Shown piece after piece: positions 25,781 to 34,380 of a stretch of 34,813 nt of DNA. The position numbers and the translations under genes are program-made. The notes below the pieces were generated by a model that was not told the origin of the DNA, did no database searches, and saw nothing but the letters and a program-made list of their open reading frames with translations. Where the stretch lies: the NCBI GenBank assembly GCA_964642435.1, contig CAZXRO010000001.1, positions 12,268 to 47,080 of the forward strand, written 5' to 3'. Source of the stretch: an uncultured Ignavibacteriales bacterium. Its GTDB lineage: Bacteria; Zixibacteria; MSB-5A5; GN15; FEB-12. Position 1 is the first letter of the stretch. Each line of letters opens with the position of its first letter.

Positions 25781-27244
25781 ATGGCGCTGAGAACCTATGA
25801 TGAGTATGTGAAGTCCCTGCAGGCGATGCGACCGAATATCTACAAGTTCGACCGCCTGATCGAGGACGTGACGACCGATCCGGCCACCAGTCGTACGGTA
25901 CGCGGCCATGGCTGGAGCTACAAACATTACGATGACGAGAAGTTTCGCGATCTGTTGGTGACCAAGTCGCACCTGACCGGCGAACCGATCAGCCGCTACC
26001 TGTCACTGATTGAGTCAGCCGAGGACATGTGGAAGAACTCGAGGATGAAGCGGGCAGCCTTCCAGATGACCGGTACCTGCACTGGCGGACGATGTGTGGG
26101 ATGGACCTCGCTGAACGCGATGTTTATCACGACTTATGACATCGACCAGGAGTTTGGCACCAACTATCACCAGCGATTGACAGACTGGCTGAAGAAGGCC
26201 CAGGAGCGTGATATCACGGTTGCCGGGGCGCTCACCGATGCCAAGGGCGATCGGACGAAGTCCCCCTCGCAGCAGGATGATGCTGACGCCTTCGTGCACA
26301 TTGTCGAACGTCGCGATGACGGGATCGTGGTACGTGGCGCCAAGGTGATGATTTGCGGTGTCGCTGCGGCTAATGAGATTTTCGTGCTGCCCGGAAGTGG
26401 CTACAAGGAGCCGGATGCAGATTATGCGGTCAGCTTTGTCATTCCGCGCGATATCGAGGGACTGACGATCGTGGAGACGCGGCATCCCTCGGACACGCGA
26501 GATGAAGAGGACGGATTCGACAACCCGGTGGCCGATGGCGGGATTACGCAGTCGTTTCTGTTGTTTGAGGATGTCTTCATTCCCAATGAACGGGTGTTCA
26601 TGGCCGGTGAGTACAAGCACTCGCTGAGCGCGGTGTTGAACTTCATTGGCCCATACCGTTCGGCGATTGGCGGATGTGTGGCTGGTCAGGGGGATGTGAA
26701 GATTGGCGCGGCAGTGCTGACGGCGCGCACCAATGGACTGTCGGCGAAGGTGTTCCAGGACAAGATCACGCAGATGACGATCAACAACGAAACCACTTTC
26801 GGTATGGGTATCGCGGCGGCGGCGATGGGGCGCAAGCACGCCTCAGGCGGCTGGCAGTGCGACACCATGTTGTCCAATGTGAACAAGATCCATGTGGCGA
26901 CGCTGCCGTACCAGACCAATGTGCTCGCGCAGGATATCGCGGGCGGCATCGCCGAGACGGGGTGTATGCCGTCGTACAAGGACTTCACGAGCGAGAAATA
27001 CGGACACTTGATCCAGAAGTACATGAAGGCGAAAGCCTCGGCCGAATCGCGGGCGCGGGCGGCGCGATTGGTGGAATGGGCCACGATCGGCGGCGGTGTG
27101 CCGGGATGCATGCACGGGGGCGGTTCGCCCGATGGAGCCAAGCTGGTAATCCGCGCGGCCTCGAATCTCGAGGAGAAGGTTGCCTATGCCAAGCGCCTGG
27201 CGGGGATTACTGAGGATATCGAGGAGCCGGTGAAGAAGAAATAG
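25781..27244 (+). CDS. 4-hydroxybutyryl-CoA dehydratase / 4-hydroxyphenylacetate 3-hydroxylase (AbfD/HpaB) family protein
   Basis: 487 aa. N-terminus MALRTYDEYVKSLQAMRPNIYKFDRLIEDVT, plus DRTKSPSQQDD.DAFVHIVERRDDGIVVRGAK and GGC motifs, typical of this family. The subfamily is unresolved. Confidence 0.8.
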   Translation: MALRTYDEYVKSLQAMRPNIYKFDRLIEDVTTDPATSRTVRGHGWSYKHYDDEKFRDLLVTKSHLTGEPISRYLSLIESAEDMWKNSRMKRAAFQMTGTCTGGRCVGWTSLNAMFITTYDIDQEFGTNYHQRLTDWLKKAQERDITVAGALTDAKGDRTKSPSQQDDADAFVHIVERRDDGIVVRGAKVMICGVAAANEIFVLPGSGYKEPDADYAVSFVIPRDIEGLTIVETRHPSDTRDEEDGFDNPVADGGITQSFLLFEDVFIPNERVFMAGEYKHSLSAVLNFIGPYRSAIGGCVAGQGDVKIGAAVLTARTNGLSAKVFQDKITQMTINNETTFGMGIAAAAMGRKHASGGWQCDTMLSNVNKIHVATLPYQTNVLAQDIAGGIAETGCMPSYKDFTSEKYGHLIQKYMKAKASAESRARAARLVEWATIGGGVPGCMHGGGSPDGAKLVIRAASNLEEKVAYAKRLAGITEDIEEPVKKK

Positions 27245-27273
27245 CTGGCGAGTAGATATGGTTGTTCTTGTAG

Positions 27274-27310
27274 CGCCATCGGGTCAGAGCAGGCCCGGTG
27301 GCGTTCCTGT
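27274..27310 (+). terminator. Terminator candidate after the AbfD-like gene
   Basis: CGCCATCGGG (27274-27283) pairs with CCCGGTGGCG (27294-27303), one G.U pair, followed by a T-rich but interrupted tract. Confidence 0.4.
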
Positions 27311-27324
27311 GTGATGTTCAGTGA

Positions 27325-28095
27325 GTGTTAGATGAGGGTTCGTGCAATGGAGGCGGAAACAAGCCTGCCGAAGAGATTGTTGAGAGAGCGAATGGAGGCT
27401 TTTCGGTGGGTGTAACAACGAGTCGAGATTTCAGATCAGCGCGCGCAGGAAGACGCCAGGGAGTGCGCCTCTATTATCTTGCAGCGGAAGCTCTGGCATT
27501 GTTCGTGCTTCTGCCGAGTGTTGTGGCCCTGCGGATGGTGCAGGTTAATGTTATCGTGCTTCTTCTGGCCTTCACTGTAGTATGTCTGGCAGTACTGCTT
27601 CGTGACAGGGACTTCGATCGCCACCAGTTGTGGAATCTTAGTGCAATCAAGAAACACTGGCGCCCCATACTTCTGATCTACCTGGTGGGGATACTGCTGA
27701 TCTCTCTGGGGGTGTGGTTGCTCAGGCCGGATTTGTTGTTCAGCTTTGTTGAGCGTGCTCCGAGGATGTGGGCACTGGTGATGGTGCTGTATCCGCTGTT
27801 GTCAGTCTATCCGCAGGAGTTGATCTATCGGGCGTTCTTCTTCCACCGGTACAAAGTGCTGTTCCCCACGCGAGGCATGATGATCCTTACCAACGCGGTC
27901 GCGTTTGGGTTCATGCATATTGTCTTCCAGAACTGGATAGCGGTGGTCATGACCTTTGTCGGGGGCTTGCTGTTTGCGCGGACCTATGAGAAGACCCGTT
28001 CGCTGGCGGTTGTCTCGGTTGAGCACGCCCTGTACGGCTGCTTTATCTTTACGATTGGCCTGGGAATCTACTTCTACCACGGGGCAGTGCGTTGA
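27325..28095 (+). CDS. CPBP-family intramembrane glutamic endopeptidase (CAAX protease/Abi family)
   Basis: Motifs QELIYRAFFF (EExxxR-like), FGFMH and EHALYG within a polytopic membrane protein. The start is uncertain: GTG 27325 or GTG 27463. Confidence 0.8.
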   Translation: MLDEGSCNGGGNKPAEEIVERANGGFSVGVTTSRDFRSARAGRRQGVRLYYLAAEALALFVLLPSVVALRMVQVNVIVLLLAFTVVCLAVLLRDRDFDRHQLWNLSAIKKHWRPILLIYLVGILLISLGVWLLRPDLLFSFVERAPRMWALVMVLYPLLSVYPQELIYRAFFFHRYKVLFPTRGMMILTNAVAFGFMHIVFQNWIAVVMTFVGGLLFARTYEKTRSLAVVSVEHALYGCFIFTIGLGIYFYHGAVR

Positions 28096-28190
28096 GCGGG
28101 TTCGGGAACCGCAGAGAGCCGGACTTGGTTGAGATGAGTATTACGCCATTTGTCAGTTCACCCCTTCGACACCGGAACCCGGGAGGTATA

Positions 28191-29003
28191 ATGACGACGC
28201 ATCGATTCAACAGCGCCATGAGTATTTTGTTAGCCCTGGCGGTACTGGGGATCGGGTTGCTGGCCAACGGTTGTGGCGAGCAGGCCGAAGAGCCGCAAAC
28301 TGAGCCGACAGAGGTCAAGAAGACGTATCAGGAACCTGCATCATTGCAGGCACAACTCGATGAGCGCAAGGCGAAGTTTGCCGAGCAGGCACCAGCGCAA
28401 ATGACTAAAGATTTCGAATCCGGAATTGCTCAGCTTCGCGCTTCGGGCATTCTGGAGCAGGCCTTGAATGTGGGCGACACTGCCGTTGATTTCGTGTTGC
28501 CCTCAGCTGATGGTGACAGCGTTTCCCTGTCGGAATTGCTGGCCGATGGACCAGTGGTGCTGGCATGGTACCGTGGCAGTTGGTGTCCGTACTGCAATCT
28601 GGAGTTGGCGGCGCTGAATGATGTCCTGCCGCAGATTGAGCAGTATGATGCCTCCCTGGTGGCAATCAGCCCGGAGGTGCCTGACTCTGCGGCGAGTATG
28701 GTGGAGCGGGACACGATCGACTTTGTGGTGTTGTCCGATGTCGGCAATAAGGTAGCTGACAAGTATGGTCTGGTGTATGAGTTGCCGCAGTCAGTGCTGC
28801 AGTATTTTGAGGGGCGGATTGATTTGTCGGCTTACAATGCGGATAATGAGAACAAGTTGCCGCTGGCAGTAACGTATGTGGTCGATACCGATAGGGTGAT
28901 TCGGTATGCCTTCATCGACGCCGACTACAAGCGTCGTGGCGAACCAGCGGATATACTGAAGACACTCAGGGAACTGAACGCGCAGGCTCAGGCCTCACGC
29001 TGA
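28191..29003 (+). CDS. Peroxiredoxin-like (AhpC/TSA, PRX_like2-type) thiol-disulfide oxidoreductase lipoprotein
   Basis: SD GGGAGG lies ahead of ATG 28191. Signal peptide and lipobox ILLALAVLGIGLLANGC. Redox motif AWYRGSWCPYCNLEL. Confidence 0.85.
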   Translation: MTTHRFNSAMSILLALAVLGIGLLANGCGEQAEEPQTEPTEVKKTYQEPASLQAQLDERKAKFAEQAPAQMTKDFESGIAQLRASGILEQALNVGDTAVDFVLPSADGDSVSLSELLADGPVVLAWYRGSWCPYCNLELAALNDVLPQIEQYDASLVAISPEVPDSAASMVERDTIDFVVLSDVGNKVADKYGLVYELPQSVLQYFEGRIDLSAYNADNENKLPLAVTYVVDTDRVIRYAFIDADYKRRGEPADILKTLRELNAQAQASR

Positions 29004-29987
29004 GAAGCCTCGAAAATACTGACCGTAGAAATCAAGCAGTTCTTCATCGGAAAGAACTGCTTGTTCTTTTTCTATCTGTCGGAGTTGCGAAACCTCTTTT
29101 CTGTTCTTCAGGGCTTGTAGCAGTGCTCGCCATTCGACAGTATCTATCAACAGCAACCGCAGCACAAGGAAGCTCAGGTGCGAGCGAAACAGTCGCGGCG
29201 AGTGGATGTTTTTCCATGTGAAGAAGAGTCGGTTACGTGCGGAGAGGATGTCGCGCTGTCGCTGTTTGGCTTTTGAGGCGACCGAGGCGCTGACCTGGTG
29301 CCAGCCACGGCAGCGGGGTTCATAGATGATCTTCCAGCCACGTTTCAGGGCGCGGTAGCCAAGGTCGGTCTCTTCGAGGAAGAACGGCGAGAACAGCTCG
29401 TCGAACCCGCCCAGCTCGTTGGTGCGATCGGCACGGGCAAAGAAATACGCGCCCTGCATACCAAACGACCGATACGGCGGTTCGATATCTGCGTGCATGA
29501 TATGGTGATCGAAGATGTTGTCGGTTACCCTGAGGAACCCCTTGCGCCAGTGTGCTCTCTTGATGCCGTCGATTTGCTCATCGGTACCATAGCGGTAACC
29601 ACAGCAGGTGACGGCAAAGACTTCGGGGTCCTCGAAGTGCTGGTTGAAGTGGTCGAAGTAATCCTCGGCCAATTCAACATCGGTGTTGAGCAGGAAAAGG
29701 ATTTCTCCCTTGGCAGCTCGTATGCCAAGGTTGCACGTTCGTGAGAAGCCGCTGTTGACCCTGGCGGTAATCAGGCGAATACGGGCTTCGGCGTTCATGT
29801 GGTTCTGGATGATTCGGACGCTGCGGTCAGTGGAACGGTCATCGACGAAAATGATCTCCCAGTCACCGGAGTAATTGCCGGCAGCTTCGAGCACCGAAGG
29901 GAAGAATCTGGGGATGAGCTTCTGCCCGTTGTAGTTTGGGAGAATGATGCTGAGTGAGCGCGGGGATGATCTCACGGAATCAGCCAC
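28995..29987 (-). CDS. Family 2 glycosyltransferase
   Basis: LSIILPNYNG...EIIFVDDRSTDRS...LNTDVE matches GT2 DxD-type motifs. The 3' end overlaps the convergent peroxiredoxin-like gene by 9 nt. Confidence 0.9.
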   Translation of the reverse strand: MADSVRSSPRSLSIILPNYNGQKLIPRFFPSVLEAAGNYSGDWEIIFVDDRSTDRSVRIIQNHMNAEARIRLITARVNSGFSRTCNLGIRAAKGEILFLLNTDVELAEDYFDHFNQHFEDPEVFAVTCCGYRYGTDEQIDGIKRAHWRKGFLRVTDNIFDHHIMHADIEPPYRSFGMQGAYFFARADRTNELGGFDELFSPFFLEETDLGYRALKRGWKIIYEPRCRGWHQVSASVASKAKQRQRDILSARNRLFFTWKNIHSPRLFRSHLSFLVLRLLLIDTVEWRALLQALKNRKEVSQLRQIEKEQAVLSDEELLDFYGQYFRGFSA

Positions 29988-30004
29988 GATGGACTACATT
30001 GGGT

Positions 30005-30643
30005 TTACTTGAGGCCGGCAGACTCAAGCGCCCGGGCGAACTTGGTTTGGTTCTGGCGAATGAAAGGCACATCGAGCGACAAAAACAGCCGCCTGAGGCC
30101 CTGCTCCACGGTGTCGACTTCATCGAGATGTGACAGTTCAAGCTCCAGTTCATAGTTGACGGAACCATTGGCGAAACGAGTAGTGTCAATCTGGAGTTGG
30201 TGCTCATAGTCGCCGATACGGAACATCTTGCACTGGCGCGTATTGTCGAACTGCACGAGCCGAGTCAGGGACACATCGCCGATAGTATCGCGGACGAAGT
30301 GGACGGGCGCAACATCGAGCGACATGACATCGCGGCGCAGTTCAATGAGTTCGGTGGCGTCATCGCGAGAGATGTCGGTTTCGATCTCCTTGCGAACGAC
30401 AGCCAGCCCCGGTTCGGTGGTCTTGCCCTTAACGGTGATCAGGCCGCGATCGTTTTCGGTACGCACGCGGAAGGCCCAGTCGCTTTTGGACAACTGGCGA
30501 TCCTCGGTATCGAAGTAGCAGTTGCGCTGCTGTATTTCTTCATCAATCTGTCCGAGGAACCCAATCAGTTTGAGGTAATTGGCGAAAGAGCTCAGGTCCA
30601 GCTTGATTTCGATTTCATCCGATATCTTAGTGTGATCAGTCAT
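30005..30643 (-). CDS. CYTH-domain protein (CyaB/ThTPase-like triphosphate tunnel metalloenzyme)
   Basis: Start at ATG 30643. EIEIKL (ExExK signature), followed by beta-rich repeats with conserved R/K/E positions (WAFRVR...ITVKG...EIE...NYELELE). Confidence 0.85.
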   Translation of the reverse strand: MTDHTKISDEIEIKLDLSSFANYLKLIGFLGQIDEEIQQRNCYFDTEDRQLSKSDWAFRVRTENDRGLITVKGKTTEPGLAVVRKEIETDISRDDATELIELRRDVMSLDVAPVHFVRDTIGDVSLTRLVQFDNTRQCKMFRIGDYEHQLQIDTTRFANGSVNYELELELSHLDEVDTVEQGLRRLFLSLDVPFIRQNQTKFARALESAGLK

Positions 30644-30737
30644 AACATGTTCAATATAAAGGGTTGTGCGACGATCGCACAACCCTCTTTCGAAGATTTG
30701 TCCATTTTGTCCGGGAAAATGTCTTTTCCTGACAGGT

Positions 30738-32294
30738 TCATGCCGACTGTTTGGCGCTGGCCCGGTACTGCTCTGTGATTTCCTCGTTGTTCTCGGCGTT
30801 GTAGACCTGGAATTCCTGGATCGGCACGGAGGCATCGCGGACTAAGTTGATCTTGAATCGATGTGCTTTCATGAGGCGCTCGAGCCGATCGGTGCCATTG
30901 TCGCTCATCATCTCGGCGAGAGCCGGGTTGACGACCAGGTGGAAATCCTTGAAGCGGCGATCGGCCTTGGCTCTCTGGAACCATCGTTCTATCTTGACCG
31001 CCATCGTCTCCGCCGACAGCACACGGCCGGTTCCGTTGCAATAGGGGCAGGCCTGTGACAAGGTGTGCAGGTGCGACTCACGAACCCTCTCGCGGGTCAG
31101 CTCGATCAGTCCGAAGTCACTGACGGGGTTGATGGCTCGCTTGGCGCGGTCGTACCTGAAGCAGTTCTTGAATTCCTCGTAGAGCTTGCGGCGGTTCTCC
31201 CGGGAGTACATGTCGATGAAGTCGCAGACGATGAGGCCACCGATATCCCGCAGTCGAATCTGGCGTGCGGTTTCCCGGGCAGCCTCGAGATTTGTTTGAA
31301 AGATCGTCTGTTCCTGATCGCGACCGCCGACAAAGCGGCCGGTGTTGACATCGATCGTCACCATCGCCTCGGTCTGGTCGATAATCAGATAGGCGCCCTT
31401 CTTGATCCAGACCTTCCGCTCGAGCATCTTCTCGATTTCGGGTTCCAGTTTGAACTGGTCGAACAGGGGCTGTTCTCCCTTGTACAGCTCGATACGGTTC
31501 TTCAGGTGGGGCGTGATCTGTCGCGTGAAGCGCATGATTTTCTTGTAGTCGGAGCGATTGTCCACCAGTAGCTTCTCGCATTCGTCGGTAAAGACGTCGC
31601 GGATCATGGAGACGATCATTTCGGCTTCTTTGTGGATCATCGAGGGCGCGTTCTGGCTGTCGGCCTTGCGTTGCAGTTTCCCCCAGAGGCGCTGCAGTCG
31701 TTTGATGTCGGCCTTGAATTCGTTCTCGCCCTGGCCTTCGGCCTCAGTCCTTACGATCAGCCCGAACCCTTCCGGTCTCAGTGGCGTGAGCAGTTTGCGC
31801 AGTCGCTTTTTCTCGGCCCAACTGGCGATACGCTTGGAAATCCGCACGTGGTCGTCATTGGGGACCATCACTACAAAGCGACCGGGAATCGACACCTCGG
31901 TGGCGACACGGGGTCCTTTGGTAGAGATAGGCTCCTTGATGACCTGGACGAGGATTTCCTGGTTTCGTTTGACGACCGTCTCGATACCGGCTCGGCGCTT
32001 TTTTCGAATGATATCGACCGGTGAATCTTCCTCATCATCTTCGGCACTGGAGCCGTGTCGGTCGTAGACCTTGCCGACATCGGAGGCGTGCAGATAGGCG
32101 GCCTTTGGCAGTCCGATATCGATGAAGGCGGCCTGCATGCCGGGCAGCACAGTCTTGACAATACCCTTATAGATATCGCCGACCATGCGATCGTGATCGG
32201 GTCGTTCTACCTGTAGTTCGACCAGGGTGCCGTTTTCAAGAATAGCGACACGTGTTTCGTACTCGGTAGAGTTTACTAAGATAGTTTTTTTCAA
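30738..32294 (-). CDS. rng: Ribonuclease G / RNase E-family endoribonuclease
   Basis: S1 domain GDIYKGIVKTVLPGMQAAFIDIG; catalytic core LIIDQTEAMVTIDVNTG, GGLIVCDFIDM, and a CPYCNGTG Zn-link. Confidence 0.93.
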   Translation of the reverse strand: MKKTILVNSTEYETRVAILENGTLVELQVERPDHDRMVGDIYKGIVKTVLPGMQAAFIDIGLPKAAYLHASDVGKVYDRHGSSAEDDEEDSPVDIIRKKRRAGIETVVKRNQEILVQVIKEPISTKGPRVATEVSIPGRFVVMVPNDDHVRISKRIASWAEKKRLRKLLTPLRPEGFGLIVRTEAEGQGENEFKADIKRLQRLWGKLQRKADSQNAPSMIHKEAEMIVSMIRDVFTDECEKLLVDNRSDYKKIMRFTRQITPHLKNRIELYKGEQPLFDQFKLEPEIEKMLERKVWIKKGAYLIIDQTEAMVTIDVNTGRFVGGRDQEQTIFQTNLEAARETARQIRLRDIGGLIVCDFIDMYSRENRRKLYEEFKNCFRYDRAKRAINPVSDFGLIELTRERVRESHLHTLSQACPYCNGTGRVLSAETMAVKIERWFQRAKADRRFKDFHLVVNPALAEMMSDNGTDRLERLMKAHRFKINLVRDASVPIQEFQVYNAENNEEITEQYRASAKQSA

Positions 32295-33253
32295 TGCTTC
32301 CTCTCAGCGGTTGCGGTGTATTCCCCGAATATTTCTCCCGGTTCTGGCCGGAAGCCATTGAGGAACGACACTCCATCCATCGCTCGTTTTCCCTCAGGGA
32401 CAATAGAGGTGATTTCGATCGCCGATTTGGCACAGGCGACAACCAGCCGCTTGCGACTGACCAGAACCGACCCGGGTCTGGTGCCGGCGGGCGGGGTGGT
32501 ATCATCCAGCTTGCATGCCAGGATCTTGACCTTGTCGCCACGGAACCAGGTATAGGCACCCGGCACGGTGGACAATCCGCGCACGAAGTTGCGGACATTG
32601 GTGGCGGGAAAGCCAAAGTCGATCATGGCATCCTCGGCTGTGATCCGGGGAGCCGGTGTTGCCAGGGAGTCTTCCTGGGGCACCGGCCTGAAGGTGCCGG
32701 ATTCGAGGCGATCGATCGTTTCGAGGAGGAACGGTCCAGATTCCAGTGACAGCCGTTCATAGAGGCTGTCGAAGTTGTCGTTGTCGAAAATGGGGTAGCG
32801 CCGTTGCAGGATGATATCGCCGGTATCGACCTTCTTCTTCAAAAGGAAGCTGGTCAGACCGGTCTGGGTTTCACCGTTAATCAGCGCCCAGTTGATGGGG
32901 GCTGCTCCACGGTATTTCGGCAGCAACGAGGCATGGATATTGATGGCGCCATAGCGGGGCAACTTGTAGATCCGCGGCGGAAGGATTTTGTAGGCGACGA
33001 CTACGATCAGATCGGGAGCAAGCTCCCTGAGGGCATGGTAGACCTCGTCATCCTTCGGTGATTGCGAACGGATTACAGGCAGTCCCAGGTCTGCCGCTTT
33101 GGCACATACGGCTGTGGGTTGCGTTTTGCCACCCCGGCCGCATCGGCTGTCACGGCCGGTCACTACCCCGATAACCTGGTGTTTGTCGCTGGCGCAGAGA
33201 TGCCGGAGCGGTTCACAGGCAAACTCCGGCGTCCCCATGAAGACAACATTCAT
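32291..33253 (-). CDS. fmt: Methionyl-tRNA formyltransferase
   Basis: MNVVFMGTPEFA...INIHASLLPKYRGAAPINWALINGE. Start at ATG 33253. The stop overlaps the rng start (ATGA). Confidence 0.95.
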   Translation of the reverse strand: MNVVFMGTPEFACEPLRHLCASDKHQVIGVVTGRDSRCGRGGKTQPTAVCAKAADLGLPVIRSQSPKDDEVYHALRELAPDLIVVVAYKILPPRIYKLPRYGAINIHASLLPKYRGAAPINWALINGETQTGLTSFLLKKKVDTGDIILQRRYPIFDNDNFDSLYERLSLESGPFLLETIDRLESGTFRPVPQEDSLATPAPRITAEDAMIDFGFPATNVRNFVRGLSTVPGAYTWFRGDKVKILACKLDDTTPPAGTRPGSVLVSRKRLVVACAKSAIEITSIVPEGKRAMDGVSFLNGFRPEPGEIFGEYTATAERKH

Positions 33254-33359
33254 TTGGACGCGTTTGTTGACAGCTGAGAGGCGATGCCACAATGGCAGCG
33301 CCGAGCAATAGCGGAAGCGGAAAAGTGCGTATCAGTCCAGTTTGCTAACAAAGAAACTT

Positions 33360-33866
33360 TTAGGAGGCCATCGACAACTTTTTCAGTCTTCCCCGCAGCA
33401 TGGTTCTACTCAGAGGCGACATTCGATCAATAAACAACTTACCTTCAAGGTGATCGAACTCATGCAGCAATGCCCTGGCGACCATTCCTGTCGCCTCGAT
33501 ATCAAACTGCTCGCCCTTAAGGTTGTAGGCCCGCATGACGATGCGTGATGGCCTGACAATCTTCTGATAGATCCCCGGAAACGACAGGCAACCTTCTTCA
33601 TATTCGATCTGCCCATCGGTCTCTACAATTTCCGGATTGATGAATGCCATCGGGGACTGGTCAGCATCAAGAGCCGACAGATCTACAACAAACACCCTTT
33701 TGGTGATACCGATCTGTACAGCTGCCAGACCAAGGCCTTTAGCTTTTTTCATGGTATCAATCAGGTCTGATACCAGATCCACGGTCTCCTGGTCGGTCGG
33801 ATTGACCGGAGTGGATACTTCCCGCAAAACCGGGTCGCCGTATATGACGATCGGCCGCTCAGCCAC
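33360..33866 (-). CDS. def: Peptide deformylase
   Basis: GLAAVQIG, EGCLSFPG and HEFDHLEG are the three canonical PDF motifs. Confidence 0.96.
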   Translation of the reverse strand: MAERPIVIYGDPVLREVSTPVNPTDQETVDLVSDLIDTMKKAKGLGLAAVQIGITKRVFVVDLSALDADQSPMAFINPEIVETDGQIEYEEGCLSFPGIYQKIVRPSRIVMRAYNLKGEQFDIEATGMVARALLHEFDHLEGKLFIDRMSPLSRTMLRGRLKKLSMAS

Positions 33867-33884
33867 AACAATTCCTCACTTCAT

Positions 33885-34205
33885 TTAGCTGTCGACCTTG
33901 CCGGCGATAGATGACTTGAGAAATTCCATCTTCGTATCGTCTCCAAGCTTGAGGACAACACGATTACGGTCTTCATCTATAGCGAAGATGGTAGCAAACA
34001 TACCGCCGGAAGTGACAACTCTGTCACCCTTCTTGAGCTCCTGAAGGAGCTTCTCATGTTCTTTCTGTTTCTTGCGCTGAGGACGGATCAACAGCAGGTA
34101 CATAATGACGAAGATCAACCCAAACCAAATCAGGGTAAACATCCCGCCGCCGCCGGAGTCCTGTCCGCCAGCCATCAGAATCGGCCAATACAAATCCAAT
34201 TTCAC
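33885..34205 (-). CDS. yajC: Preprotein translocase subunit YajC
   Basis: IWFGLIFVIMYLLLIRPQRKKQKEH...LKKGDRVVTSGGMFATI. The start is uncertain (GTG 34205, nearby TTG, or internal ATG). Confidence 0.9.
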   Translation of the reverse strand: MKLDLYWPILMAGGQDSGGGGMFTLIWFGLIFVIMYLLLIRPQRKKQKEHEKLLQELKKGDRVVTSGGMFATIFAIDEDRNRVVLKLGDDTKMEFLKSSIAGKVDS

Positions 34206-34248
34206 TCCCTTGAGTTATCGGCACCCTGTCCAGAAACTGCACAGGGGC

Positions 34249-34273
34249 ACGGGTTAAATCGCTGTTAACCCGT
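34249..34273. promoter_or_regulatory. 9-bp perfect inverted repeat abutting the yajC -10 element (operator or leader hairpin)
   Basis: ACGGGTTAA-7 nt-TTAACCCGT, starting 2 nt downstream of the TATAAT. Confidence 0.35.
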
Positions 34274-34274
34274 A

Positions 34275-34303
34275 ATTATACATTTCAAGCCAATACAAGC
34301 CAA
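34275..34303 (-). promoter_or_regulatory. Candidate sigma70-type promoter upstream of yajC
   Basis: Minus strand: TTGGCT (34303-34298), 17-nt spacer, TATAAT (34280-34275). Confidence 0.55.
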
Positions 34304-34380
34304 GAATTTATTTCTGTAATCGGAACAGTATCGAGACGACACTGGTTCCACTCCAACGGTGTCTTATGAAGCTGCTGACG

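Noticed and set aside
30644-30835. 5' extension of the CYTH ORF overlapping the 3' end of rng
   Set aside because: The extension is R/P/S/T-rich junk. ATG 30643 begins immediately before the ExExK core, as in other CYTH proteins.
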